A stretch of DNA of 64,000 nucleotides from Octopus bimaculoides (GCF_001194135.2 NC_068986.1:38085330-38149329); one strand, 5' to 3'; positions 11,610 through 24,700 are shown, counted from the first letter of the stretch. A program made the numbers and translations. The notes: generated by a model not told the origin, from the sequence alone.

Positions 11610-12487
11610 AATAATAATCCTTCTTTCTGCTTTATAGGCACAAGGCCTGAAATTTGGGGAAAGGGGATTACATCAAGCCCAGTACTTAACTGGTACTTAA
11701 TTTATTAATCCCGAAAGGATGAAAGGCGAAGTAAACCTCAGCAGAATTTGAACTCAGAACATAGTGATGGGTGAAATACTGCTAAGCATTTCGTCCAGCA
11801 TGCTAATGATTCTGCCAGCTCACCACTTTAATAAATGTGATTTCAAATTTTGGCACAAGGCCAGCAATGTGGGTGAGGGGAGAGGTTAAGTCAATTGATA
11901 ATAATAATAGTAGTTTCAAATTTTGGTGCTTATTTTATCAACCCTGAAAGGATGAAGGGCAAAGTTGACCTCGGTAGAATTTGAACTCAGAACATAATGA
12001 GGGATGAAATGTCACTAAGTATTTTGCCCAGCATGCTAACAATTCTGCCAGCTCACTGCCTTTATACTACTACTACTACTACTGCTACTACTACTACTAC
12101 TAATAATAATAATAATAATAACCCTTTTCTACTCTAGGCACAAGGCCCCGAAAGGATGAAAAGCAAAGTCAACCTTGGCGGAATTTGAACTCAGAACATA
12201 AAGACAGACGAAATACCACTAAGTATTTTGCCTGGCGTGCTATCGTCTCTGCCAGCTCGCCGCCTTACTACTACTACTACAACTACTACTACTACTACTA
12301 ATAATAATAATAATAATAATCCTTTCTTCTAAAGGTACAAAGCCTGAAATTTTGTGGGAGGAGACAAGTCGATTACATCGATCCCAGTATTTCAATAGTG
12401 GAGTTTGAACTCAGAATGGAGAGATGGATGAAATGCCATTAAGCATTTTGCCTGGCACAGTAACGATTCTGCCAGCTTTCCACCTTA
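11610..12487 (-). mobile_element. Head-to-tail cluster of family B SINEs separated by (TAA)n/(TAC)n
   Basis: GAATTTGAACTCAGAA...CTGCCAGCT block at about 11745, 11975, 12180 and 12400. Confidence 0.85.
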
Positions 12488-12866
12488 ATAATGATAATAA
12501 GTTGGGAAACTAATGTCATCTGATGGTGTAGAACTGGCCAACAATGCAAGATTTAAGGATATTGAGGTGGATGGATACAAATAGTTCTTTTGGAGTACAA
12601 CAAAATCAAGGAGAGTGTGATGAAGGAGGACTTTAGGTGAGACTACCTCAGGAGAACCAAGTTAATTATGATTAGTAGACTCAATGGAAAGAACAAGATC
12701 AGAGCAATGAATACATGGGTTGTCTCTTTAATGTGATATGGCATAAAAGTTGTTAGATGAACAAAGAACGAGCTTGAGGAAATGGATAGAAAGACAAGAA
12801 AAGTGATGAGAATGAACAAGGAACTACATACCAAAAGTGATGTCAATAGATTGTATGTGTCTAGAA

Positions 12867-13116
12867 CAGGCTTGGCCAACTCAAATTACATTGCAGGCCA
12901 CTTTAATCACGGAAAGGTTTTTTGAGCGCTGCTTTCTCATGCTATTATTACAGTAATGAATGAATGATTGTTGATTCAACATGAAATATTACCATTGCAA
13001 AAAGTGTAGTATCATTCTTTTTTACTTTTAATTACAATCCTTAATTTTTGATAAAGTTTTAAAAATGTATGTTTAAATAAACCCATTTCAAGAAAGTATC
13101 AAGCAGACCAGCCCTG
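12867..13116. mobile_element. hAT-type MITE (250 bp) inside the R4 element
   Basis: Starts CAGGCTTGG, ends CCAGCCCTG. TSD GTCTAGAA / GTCTAAAA (7/8). R4 coding sequence resumes after it. Confidence 0.7.
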
Positions 13117-13871
13117 GTCTAAAAACAATGAAGGTAGAGGGATGATAGGACACAAGAGTTGTGTTGTCAGTGAAGGGAACAATCTGGGATGGTATGTCAA
13201 ACAGCAGACTGAACCTTTGGTTGTTGCTGTTAGAAATAGCAACACGATACATAGTGAAAATGTGACATACCCAAAAGAATATAGGAAACAGGATGGAGAA
13301 CAAAGATTGGATGAGTGGAAAGTGAAAGCATTGCATGGGCAATACCCTAGAGAAATGGAAGGGAAATATAAGACCAATGCCTTGAGGTGACTAAGAAAAA
13401 GTTATCTAAAACGCTGCAGTGAGATACTGATATGCAATGTTCAGGAACTAAATTACACCTAGTTCTAAATAGATAAGAGTAGTGAGTTGCCTCTTTGTAG
13501 GATGTGTAGTGTCAAAAATGAGACCATCTCACTTATTATGAATGAGTATAGCAAATTGGCTCAAAAGGAATACAAAAGGAGGCATGATAATGTAGTTGAG
13601 TACGTTCATTGGAGATTGTGTGAGAAGGATATGAGCATGACACAGAAGGTGTCACCAAGAATAATGAGTAAAAGATCTTGTGGGATTTTGCAAAACTGAG
13701 TGATTCAGTGATTGATGCTCAGAGACCAGACATTGTTGTAGTTGGTAATATGATGAAGGAAACCAAGATCATAGATATTGCCATACCTGGGGATGTATGA
13801 GTGGCTGATAAAGAATTTGAAAGATTGAGAAATACAAACCACTTCATGACGAGATTGCACAAATGTGGACT

Positions 13872-14294
13872 ATCATCATCATCGCTTAACGTCTGCTTTC
13901 CATGCTGGCATGGGTTGGACGGTTTGACTGAGGACTGGTGAGCCAGAGGCTGCACCAGGCTCAATCTGATCTGGCAAAGTTTCTACAGTTGGATGCCATT
14001 CCTAACACTAACTACTCTGAGAGTGTAATGGGTGGTTTTACGTGCCACTGGCATGAGGGCCAGTCAAGCGGTTCTGGCACCAACTACGCTCAAAGGTGTT
14101 TTTACATGTTACCTGCATAGGAGCCAGTCTGGTGGTACTAGCAATGACTATGCTCGAATGTTGTTTTTTACGCGCCACTGGCACATGTGCCGGTAAGGCA
14201 ACGCTAGCAATGATCACACTCAAATGGTGCTTTTCATGTGTTACAAGCATGGGAGCCAATCCGTGGCCCACCAGTACGGGAGCCAATCCGTGAC
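13872..14294 (-). mobile_element. RTE 3'UTR insertion inside the R4 element
   Basis: (ATC)n tail at 13872 and the RTE 3'UTR interrupt the R4 RLE domain between EIAQMW and IVVRPL. Confidence 0.8.
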
Positions 14295-14989
14295 ACTAAC
14301 TGTTGTTCTCAATAGTTGTAAGACCATTAAAAGCATTCACAACCAGGTTTGAAAATTTTATTGGAGAAATTGGAATTGACATTAGGGTAGAATATGCTCA
14401 GAAAACTGCTTTATTGGGGATAGTGAGGATTTTGAAACTGGTACTCGGATGTTAAGTATCATGGAAAGAGACCATGCAAGGCTCTTGCAACAAGTTGTCT
14501 GCTCTTACAGAAGTGAAATATAATAATAATAATAATAACATTAATAATAATAATCCTTTATACTATAGGCACAAGGCCTGAAATTTTGGGGGAGCGGTCT
14601 AATCAATTACATTGACCCCAGTCCTTCACCGGTACTTATTTTATTAAGCTCAAAAGGATTGAAAGGCAAAGTTGACCTCAACAGACTTCATGATAAATAT
14701 ATAATAATTAGCATATTTTAGAGATTAAATTATTTGAAGGAATTCCTCTGACTAATATTAATTAATGAGTAGTGCTGTCCTTTTTTCATCACATGATTCC
14801 TTCTAAATAATGATTGTGAAGTGTGTCAATGTGTTGTGTAACTTCTGGTTCAGCAACTTCATTCTTCCTCCTCCTCCTCTCTCTCTCTCTCTCTCCTCCT
14901 CCTCTCATAATGAATGAAAAAATAAGAATTGTCATACATTTAGCTAGCTAACTTATGATTTCTCTGTTTAGTTATCGACCTGTATTTAT

Positions 14990-15272
14990 CTGTCTATCTA
15001 TCAGTTTACTTTACCTTCTTTCACTCCCTCTTTATTTTTCTTTCTTTTTTCCCATCTCTTTTCTTCTCCCTTTTTCTTTTTCTCTTTCTATTTGTTTTTC
15101 TCTCTTTTCTTCCTTCTTTCTTTCTCTTTTCTTCCTTCTTTCTCTCTCTTTTCTTTTTCCTCTTCAACTCTCTCAGTCATTTTCTCACACTTTCACTTTT
15201 TCTATCACACTTTCTCTTTATCTCTCTTTCTCCCTTCATCCTTCCTTTCTTGCCTTTCTCTTTTCTTTCTTT

Positions 15273-15333
<61 letters not shown>

Positions 15334-15400
15334 TCATCATACTAATAAACCAAACTTCTCGGTGCTATCTGTACACTTCTGTTCCTTCCTTTCTTTCATT
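14990..15400. repeat. Polypyrimidine low-complexity tract with (TTTC)n
   Basis: About 400 nt almost entirely C/T; near-perfect TTTC run at about 15255-15330. Confidence 0.9.
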
Positions 15401-15553
15401 TCAGAAAGATAGTTGAATGATAAATTTCTCTTAGCCATTTTCAGGAAATCTACTCATGTAGGTGCAGACATGACTACAGATGGCTGTGTAATATGAAGCT
15501 TGCTTCTCGACCACATTATTCCAGGTTTAGTCCTACTCTATGCACCTTGGTCA

Positions 15554-15694
15554 TGCTGAATATCCATGAGAACTATGTTAAGGGTACACGTGTCTGTGGA
15601 GTGTTCAGCCACTTGCACGTTAATTTCACGAGCAGGCTGTTCCGTTGATTGGATCAACTGGAAACCTCGATGTCGTAAGCGACGGAGTGCCAAC
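15554..15694 (+). mobile_element. 141-bp retroposon 3' fragment with 14-bp TSD inside a family A SINE
   Basis: ATGCACCTTGGTCA (15540-15553) and ATGCACCTTGGACA (15695-15708) flank the insert, which ends GACGGAGTGCCAAC. Confidence 0.75.
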
Positions 15695-17324
15695 ATGCAC
15701 CTTGGACAAATGCTTTCAACTATAGCTTCAGGTTAACCAAAGCCTTTGTGAGTGAATTTGGTTGACAGAAACTGATGTGTGTGTGTTTGTCCTCCACCAC
15801 CATTTGATAACTGGTGTTGGTGAGTTTATGTCCTCATAATTTGGGAGTTTTGCTAAAGAGACTGATAGATTAAGTACTAGTCTTAAGAATATAAGTACCA
15901 AGGTCAATTCATTCAGCTACAAATTCAAGGTGTTGCCCCAGCATTGCTGTAGTTTCATGACTGAAACGTATAAGAGACGAAAGATAAAAGATACTGTCAC
16001 TTTCATAAAAGCATGTAAAAATTGCTGGCCTTGATGCAGGATATACTTTGCTGATTCTCCTGTGTCAACCTGCAACCATTCATTATAGATTCTCCTCTAA
16101 CTTTTAATAAGACCCTGTCAGACCTGCATTCGCTTTGTCAATAAACACAAAAGTCAAGGACAAAACTTACTAAAATGTGACATTTCCTTACTGCAGTATC
16201 TGCAAATGGTTGGTTGTGTTGTTCTCAGTAGAGTCAGAGGGCTTTTGCACATAAAGACTTTTTTCCTGATCAAAGTCAATTTGCACATCAAGACGATGTC
16301 ACAGGCATTCCAATTATGAAAGTATTTATTAAATTCATGAAAAAGTTTTGTCTTCCTCACAGACATTGCTTAATTGTCAAAATTCCCTGTTTGGGGAATG
16401 TTATATATAATGTATCATCATCTTTTTAACATCTGCTTTTACATGCTTGCATGGGTTGGACAATTTATTGAAGTGAATTTTGCTATGTCCGAATGCTCTT
16501 CCTGTTGCTAAACCTTATTTGTTTCTAAGCAAGGCGATATTTCCCATTGCCAGACATGTTTTCATAAGGGATACTGCTTAGTTACATTCCTGAGTCATGC
16601 TGACTCATAAAAGCCTGTTTCCCGGTTTCATGGTGTATAAATACTCCACCTGGACGGGATGCTGGTCTATTGAAGGATTACTCATTTTTGGCAGCTGAGT
16701 AGATTGGAGCAACAAGAAATTAAGTGTTTTGCTCAAGAACACAACATGTTGCCTAGTCCAAGAATTGGAACCACAATCTTACGATAATGAGTCCAACACT
16801 AATCACTAAGCCATGTGCCTCCACTAAGGAATACTGCTTGAATGACAGTAATGCATGCTTACAATTACCACATAAAGTCAAGGCAAAGAGACCAATAACG
16901 TACATATTCACAAGTGTGCATCACCAGCATCATCATCATCATCATCATTTAACATCTGTTTTCCATGCTGGCATAGGTTGGCTGGCTTGACAGGATCTGG
17001 CCAGGCAGACAGCTGGCCAGGTGGTGAGCTGCCCAGGCTCCAATTGTCTGTTGTAGCATGGTTTCTACAGCTGGATGCCCTTCCTAATACCAACCACTTT
17101 ACAGAATGTACTGGGTGCTTTTACACAGCATTGGCACAGGTGCTTTTTACATGGCACAGCACTCACACCAACAATCCTGCAAGGATTAGGATCATTCAGT
17201 TGAAGAGGGATGTAGGGGACACCTGTATGTAAGGACAAACATGCTTTCACTTAGCTTGGTGTGTCTTGTCAAGAACAGCAAACAACCAGAAGTCTCAGTC
17301 CCTTGTCATCCTCTCTCTGAGGCC

Positions 17325-17327
<3 letters not shown>

Positions 17328-17397
<70 letters not shown>

Positions 17398-17472
17398 TAT
17401 ATATATATATATATATCTATATATATACTTATATATATATATATATATATCATCATCATCATCATCATCATC
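17328..17472. repeat. Compound (CA)n(TA)n(CAT)n microsatellite
   Basis: Directly visible. Followed by a minus-strand RTE tail and the gap 17484-18436. Confidence 0.95.
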
Positions 17473-20119
17473 GTTTAACGTCCNNNNNNNNNNNNNNNNN
17501 NNNNNNNNNNNNNNNNNNNNNNNNNNNNNNNNNNNNNNNNNNNNNNNNNNNNNNNNNNNNNNNNNNNNNNNNNNNNNNNNNNNNNNNNNNNNNNNNNNNN
17601 NNNNNNNNNNNNNNNNNNNNNNNNNNNNNNNNNNNNNNNNNNNNNNNNNNNNNNNNNNNNNNNNNNNNNNNNNNNNNNNNNNNNNNNNNNNNNNNNNNNN
17701 NNNNNNNNNNNNNNNNNNNNNNNNNNNNNNNNNNNNNNNNNNNNNNNNNNNNNNNNNNNNNNNNNNNNNNNNNNNNNNNNNNNNNNNNNNNNNNNNNNNN
17801 NNNNNNNNNNNNNNNNNNNNNNNNNNNNNNNNNNNNNNNNNNNNNNNNNNNNNNNNNNNNNNNNNNNNNNNNNNNNNNNNNNNNNNNNNNNNNNNNNNNN
17901 NNNNNNNNNNNNNNNNNNNNNNNNNNNNNNNNNNNNNNNNNNNNNNNNNNNNNNNNNNNNNNNNNNNNNNNNNNNNNNNNNNNNNNNNNNNNNNNNNNNN
18001 NNNNNNNNNNNNNNNNNNNNNNNNNNNNNNNNNNNNNNNNNNNNNNNNNNNNNNNNNNNNNNNNNNNNNNNNNNNNNNNNNNNNNNNNNNNNNNNNNNNN
18101 NNNNNNNNNNNNNNNNNNNNNNNNNNNNNNNNNNNNNNNNNNNNNNNNNNNNNNNNNNNNNNNNNNNNNNNNNNNNNNNNNNNNNNNNNNNNNNNNNNNN
18201 NNNNNNNNNNNNNNNNNNNNNNNNNNNNNNNNNNNNNNNNNNNNNNNNNNNNNNNNNNNNNNNNNNNNNNNNNNNNNNNNNNNNNNNNNNNNNNNNNNNN
18301 NNNNNNNNNNNNNNNNNNNNNNNNNNNNNNNNNNNNNNNNNNNNNNNNNNNNNNNNNNNNNNNNNNNNNNNNNNNNNNNNNNNNNNNNNNNNNNNNNNNN
18401 NNNNNNNNNNNNNNNNNNNNNNNNNNNNNNNNNNNNTATATATATATATATAATGTATGTATGAATGTATGTATGTATACATATACTTTGAGATTCTTTC
18501 AATTTCTGTCCACCAAATCCACTCATAAGCTCAGAACTATAGTCGAAGACATTTGCCCAATGTGCCATGCAGTGGAACTGAGCTTAAAACCATTCTAGGA
18601 GGTAAAAACCTAATATGTATTTTGTTCTATTAAATGTTTATTTTTTATATTTCAACATTGGTACAGAAGCTTGCTTCCCAAACATAAGGTTTCGGGTTCA
18701 GTCCTACTGCATGGCACTTTAGGCCAGTGTCTTCTACTATAGCCTTGGGCCAACCAAAGCATTGTGAGTGGATTTGGTAGATGGAAACTGAAAAAAGCCC
18801 GTCGTATATATGTGTTTGTGTGTGTCTGTCTGTCTGTGTTTGTCCCCCCACCATTGCTTGACAACTGATGTTGGTATGTTTATGTCCCTGTAACTTAGCA
18901 GTTTGTCAAAAGATATAGATAGAATATGTACTAAGCTTACAAAAGATAAGTCCTGGGGTCAATTTGTTTGACTAAAAGGCAGTGCTCCAGCATGGCCACA
19001 GTCAAATGACTGAAACAAGTAAAAATAAAAGAATAAAATTGATTTATTATCTTCTATATATTTCTTTCCTGAATATATACCTGTATTTCAATGAAGCAAA
19101 TTATTACTTATTCTAAGCTTGAAACAACAGATCATGTTCTAATTTGCTTTTGAATACTCACAAAATTAAATATGTTAGCACTAACTTGATTATTGCTTTT
19201 TGTATATATATTGTCTCTGAGTAATGTTACTGAGAATATATTCCTCCTTTACCAAAATAAATAAAGTTCTTAGTTTCCTACTTCGACTTGTACAATAAAA
19301 TATGTCTTCACAGAGATCTAATAATGCAATATATCCAGAGTTGTCTCTCATACTTGACAGACCTAATTAGTAGTCATTAATATTCTGCTCGAAAAATTTC
19401 ACATTTTACCTTAATATTTCTAGCCCGAAATGGCTTATTCTTTTATATCTAGCACTATGTCTTTCTCCATTTCTAAGTTAAGGTTAAAAATAAAGCGACC
19501 CTGCAAAACACAACTGATCTTTACATACAGACACACAGAACAACAACAATCAAATCCCAACAGCTGAGTGCACAACAAGCATCAGCGATCTGACTGTTGC
19601 CTGTACTCTTGATAAGAGATGCCAGTTAGCCTTTTACACCTACCAGGCTCCTTTATATTACCCTGGGTTGCTGGATAATTTTTCATTCTTTTAAGAATAT
19701 TGTAGAACAAAAACTTTATATAGATTGAAATTTAAATCCTAATCTCTATAGAAATTTATTGTTTCAAGAATACATTGAATTTGAATGACTTTTAATTTGT
19801 ACGATTATAGATAACAACTTGAGTATATATATGTATGTATGTTTATATATACATACATATACAATTGGCTTCTTTCGGTTTGCATCTGCCAAATCCATCA
19901 CAAGGCTTTGATCAGTCCAGGGCTATAACAGAAGATCCAAGGTGCCAAGGAGTGGAACGGAACTCTAGACCACTTGGCTGGAAAGCAAGCTTCTTAACCA
20001 CACAGCCACACCTGTTCATAATTATATATAGATCTTGTATCATTCAGAATTGTGTATATTGGTCTCTCTCACTGAATTGTTCAAACTTATCTCCTCTGAT
20101 TTTTGTTGTTTTATCTCAG

Positions 20120-20344
20120 ACTGTGGATCCTGCTGGGCCATGGGTGCAACCAGTGCACTTGCTGATAGAATCAACATTTTTCGATCTTACCCCTGGCCTC
20201 CTGCTTACTTATCTGTCCAGGAAATCATTGATTGTGCAAATGCAGGCAGCTGCAATGGTGGAGATGACAATGGTGTATATGCTTATGCTCATGTTAATGG
20301 GCTAGTGGATGAAACTTGCAACAATTACCAAGCCAAGAACCAAG
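20120..20344 (+). CDS. CTSZ: Cathepsin Z exon containing the catalytic Cys
   Basis: ttatctcag| acceptor, |gtaggt donor. T|AC completes Tyr, then [74 protein letters not shown]. Phase 1 at both ends. Confidence 0.97.
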
Positions 20345-20862
20345 GTAGGTCTTACTCTACATATATATATATGCATACATAATTAAGGATAAAATCAATT
20401 AATGATCTTATCAGTGGCCAGCATGTAATAAAAACCATACAGGTAAACATTAATATGAATATATAACTATACAGATATAATTATAATTAAGGATACCGAG
20501 AAACAGCACCTACATGTAAGAGATAGATATCAAAAGTCTATAAAAAGGCTGAGATTTACTAAATCTCTTTTATTCATTTGCTTGCTTTCAGCCTTTTGCT
20601 AATGGAGTGTAATTTGAAGTGGTTTTTAGAGTCTTTTGACATCTATCGCTAGTGTGTTGGTGCTGTTTCTCTTAACCCTTAATTATAATTATCATCATCA
20701 TCATCATCGTTTAACGTCCGCTTTCCATGCTAGCATGGGTTGAACGATTTGACTGAGGACTGGTGAACCAGATGGCTACACCAGGCTCCATCTATTATAT
20801 ATATAAATCTTTGTCATGAATCATCATCATCGTCATCAATGATTGTCATCTTCGTCATCTTC

Positions 20863-20893
<31 letters not shown>

Positions 20894-21229
20894 TTGTTTT
20901 AAGGTCCATTTTCCCACGTTTTGCATGTATTGGGCTGAATTCATCAAGGAAGGTTTTCTATGACTAGTTGGGTTTTTTTTTTTTTTTGATTGAGTTGGTT
21001 TCTGTTGGCAGCCCTTGTCTGTTTTCAAGCAAGGTAATATTTCCCAATGGCTAAACATGTTTGCATGGAAGATTGGAATCAAATGACAACATTTGTATGA
21101 CCAATAACATTAGTTTATAGCTACAGCACCATGTCAAGACAAGGAAACACAATCACACACACACATGCGCATACACATTCACACACACATGTGCACACAC
21201 ACACACACACACAGAAGTGAAGAGATTAA

Positions 21230-21700
21230 TCTTTGCCCACATGAAAGTAAGTACATCCCATCATACCAGCATGACTCCAGTTACCAGTCCTCAAATCTCA
21301 GATCTCCACCAATACTCTGGAGTCTGGCAAAGAATTTTGATAAGAGCATTCATCAATGCACCCACATACAAATGCACATGCCCCAACACAGCGGACACCA
21401 AGTAGACTGTTTCCCATCACCTCAAATATAAACTTCCTCACCCTCACACACACTGTACCCCTACACACACTGCATGTGGACATAAAGCCCCCATAACCTT
21501 AACCAATACAGAAAAAATATATACTAGCGAACACAGTAATGGATGTCTGCAACCTCTGCAAAAGTTATACATACAGTACCACTACACATACCCTAGTTCC
21601 ACAAGAACACTAAACTGAAAGGTGCACACAGTAACCACAAACACTTCATTATGGCGTTTACTGACTTACAGCATAACCAACCCAGTGCCAATGTCTCAGT
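21230..21700 (+). mobile_element. Possible decayed Penelope GIY-YIG C-terminal region
   Basis: Degenerate reading with VCNLC...LN*K...HKH, resembling the Penelope endonuclease tail. Many stops. Confidence 0.35.
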
Positions 21701-21719
21701 ACCAAGGGACATAATTCTG

Positions 21720-22035
21720 CTTAGTTTGTTTCATCATCTTTTCACAACAACCACAAACTGAATGTGTCCTTTCACCTCCAGCAATAGAGAGCAGTCACCA
21801 TACTTTGTTTCATATCAGCTGCCTTTAATGAGTGTAGGGTTGTATAATTGGATTGGTACCTAACACTCTGTTGTACTGCTGGCATGAAACCAATTGGTAA
21901 GATCAGCTGTAATGAACATACGGAACAACTGTTGGCTTGCCATGTCCCCAAAACATGTACCAAGAGTGATAAAAATCAAATATCCAATCAACATCATGGT
22001 GTTTGGAGTGGTCATTAGTGATGGTGAGGTTATGA
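21720..22035. mobile_element. Tc1/mariner (maT/DD37D-like) fragments in opposite orientations
   Basis: Plus 21890-22035: NNCWLAMSPKHVPRVIKIKYPINIMVFGVVISDGEVM. Minus 21720-21880: YTTLHSLKAA.MKQSMV..LYCWR (C-terminal helices). Confidence 0.55.
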
Positions 22036-22317
22036 GGGGAGAGAACTGCTTAGGGTTTATAATTCTTTTCTTTTGCTTTGTTATTATGAGAGGTCTTTTT
22101 CTTACGAGTGAGAGAACATTTCTTTTATTTTTTTTATCTTTTATTTGAAGAATTTAAGAATTTTCAGTCGAATGTATCAACCCCAATACTTATATTTTTT
22201 TAACAGCTTGGTGCTTATTTTAGCAGTCCCTTTTGCTGAACTGCTAAGTTATGGGAACATAAACACACCAACACAGGTTGTCAAGTGGTTGTGTGGGGAC
22301 AAACGCAAAGACATATG

Positions 22318-22350
<33 letters not shown>

Positions 22351-22749
22351 ACAAGTGTGTGTGTGTGTTTCCATCTATCAAATCCACTCACAAGACTTTG
22401 GTCAGTCTGAGGCACATGCTCAAGGTGCCATGCAGTGGGTGTGCATGTGAACTCTGAACCCTGTGGAGCCATATAATCCATTTTTTTCTCTCATGAATGT
22501 CCTAGGAATAACTGTAGATAAGTGTCTCCATTCTATATCTAGGAGAGAGATGACAAGCACTTAGTGCTGTGTGACACAATACTAGTAGGCACAAAAAAAA
22601 CAAAAAAAACAGTGAGATATGTGACAAACTGACTGCATAATGCAACCCTTTGAAAGAATGCAAACTAGAAACATGAGATATATCAGATATAGAAGAGGAA
22701 TTAGCCATAAGATCAGCAATTAAAATGAAGTTTCTGGACTGCACAACTT

Positions 22750-23040
22750 CAACATCATCATCAACATCGTTATTGCCATCATTACCATTACTACCATCAC
22801 CACTATTACTAGTACCACCACCACCACCACCACCATCATCACCACCATCACCACTTCCACCAACATCATCTTTGTCATCATCACCACCACCACTACCACT
22901 ACCACTACCAACCATCTCTACCACCACCACCAACATCATCATTGTCATTATCATCATCACCACTACCACCACTACCACCTCCATCAGCATTGCCACAATC
23001 ACCACCACCACCATCACCACCATCATCATCCTCATCATCA
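22750..23040. repeat. (CAC/CAT/TAC)n trinucleotide low-complexity tract
   Basis: Directly visible; explains the poly-Pro/Thr/Val ORFs. Confidence 0.92.
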
Positions 23041-23185
23041 TTTTCCATCCATTTTCCATGCTGACATGAGTTGGATGATTCTTATGTAAAGACTTATATA
23101 ATACTTGTATGCATATAAGTATCTAAGTTTTGTGCATGTACATTCTTTCATATATTGATTTTGGATTTTGTTTGTCTATGCCTAG

Positions 23186-23336
23186 ATTGTCCAAAGTTTA
23201 ATAGATGTGGCACATGTAAAACATTTGGAGAATGTGCACCAGTTAAAAATTACACCATCTGGTATGTTGGTGATTATGGCAGCATCTCTGGAATTGAAAA
23301 GATAAAGGCAGAACTATATAAAAAGGGACCAATCAG
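23186..23336 (+). CDS. CTSZ: Cathepsin Z exon
   Basis: cctag| acceptor, |gtaaat donor. (D)[49 protein letters not shown](S). Phase 1 in, phase 2 out. Confidence 0.96.
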
Positions 23337-24057
23337 GTAAATATATTCTTTTATTCTTTTATTTGTTTCAGTCATTTGACTGCAGCCATGCTGGAGCATC
23401 ACTTTGAAGGGGTTTTAGTCAAACAGATTGACTCCATGATTGACTCCATACACATATATAAATGAGTGGAAACTGAACCAGTGTATGTGTTAAATAATAA
23501 GGCACTAAAAGAAAATGACTCTCCCCAGACACAACAATGTATATATANNNNNNNNNNNNNNNNNNNNNNNNNNNNNNNNNNNNNNNNNNNNNNNNNNNNN
23601 NNNNNNNNNNNNNNNNNNNNNNNNNNNNNNNNNNNNNNNNNNNNNNNNNNNNNNNNNNNNNNNNNNNNNNNNNNNNNNNNNNNNNNNNNNNNNNNNNNNN
23701 NNNNNNNNNNNNNNNNNNNNNNNNNNNNNNNNNNNNNNNNNNNNNNNNNNNNNNNNNNNNNNNNNNNNNNNNNNNNNNNNNNNNNNNNNNNNNNNNNNNN
23801 NNNNNNNNNNNNNNNNNNNNNNNNNNNNNNNNNNNNNNNNNNNNNNNNNNNNNNNNNNNNNNNNNNNNNNNNNNNNNNNNNNNNNNNNNNNNNNNNNNNN
23901 NNNNNNNNNNNNNNNNNNNNNNNNNNNNNNNNNNNNNNNNNNNNNNNNNNNNNNNNNNNNNNNNNNNNNNNNNNNNNNNNNNNNNNNNNNNNNNNNNNNN
24001 NNNNNNNNNNNNNNNNNNNNNNNNNNNNNNNNNNNNNNNNNNNNNNNNNNNNNNNNN

Positions 24058-24700
24058 ACACATTTTTGGATTTAACAAAAAAAAAAAATTTATTTTTGTA
24101 AAGTACATATAATGCCATTTTGTTTCATTTGGTTTTAAAAATTAAATCAGTCAAATGGGAGCCGTTATTGTCCACACACTGTCGAAGGTGTTCATGAAAG
24201 TTGTCCATAACTCGGCGGATCATTTCATGAGGAATGGCAGCAATTTCTTGACAAATGGCATCTTTAAGCTGTTCAATAGATCGAAGGCGATTAATGTATA
24301 CCTTTGACTTGAGGTATCCCCAGAGGAGAAAATCGCAAGGATTTAAATCAGGTGATCGGGCGAGCCAACCGATGTCACCGCGCAATGAGATTAAATGACC
24401 AGGAAACATCTCGCTCAAAATTCCCATCGCACGTCGAGAAGTGTGGGCTGTTGCCCCATCCTGTTGAAACCAAACATTTTCCGTATCATGGAGCATATTC
24501 AATTTGGGTCTGAGAAAATTCTCTAGCATCTCACAATATCGATCAGAGTTCACAGTCACTGTAACGTTGTCTTCTTCAAAGAAACGAAACAAAACAAAAT
24601 GGCATTATATGTACCTTTCGAAAATGAAAAAAACTTTTTTGTAACTTTAATTTATTTGCCTTTTATTAAACCTACAAATGTGTCAGATCATTTTGCCGGA

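Larger units (their letters stand above)
12501..14520 (+). mobile_element. R4/Dong-clade element, 5'-truncated, with two nested insertions
   Basis: YLRRTKLIM.SRLNGKNKIRAMNTWVVS...ELEEMDRKTRK...HTKSDVNRLYVSR, then W..KALHGQY, CRMC..KNET, RRHDNV, RPDIVV..IIDIAIPGD, QKTALLGIVRILKLVLGC*. (TAA)n tail from about 14520. Confidence 0.85.

Noticed and set aside
17241-18568. Long ORFs spanning N runs (also 23399-24118, 32637-32955, 33995-34583, 55448-56637, 60630-61307)
   Set aside because: Artefacts of translating Ns. Only the CTSZ C-terminus and CENPM exon 3 within them are real.
22502-23069. Poly-Val/Gly/Pro/Thr ORFs, and Phe/Ser/Leu ORFs at 14955-15416
   Set aside because: Translations of trinucleotide and pyrimidine low-complexity DNA with no splice or homology support.
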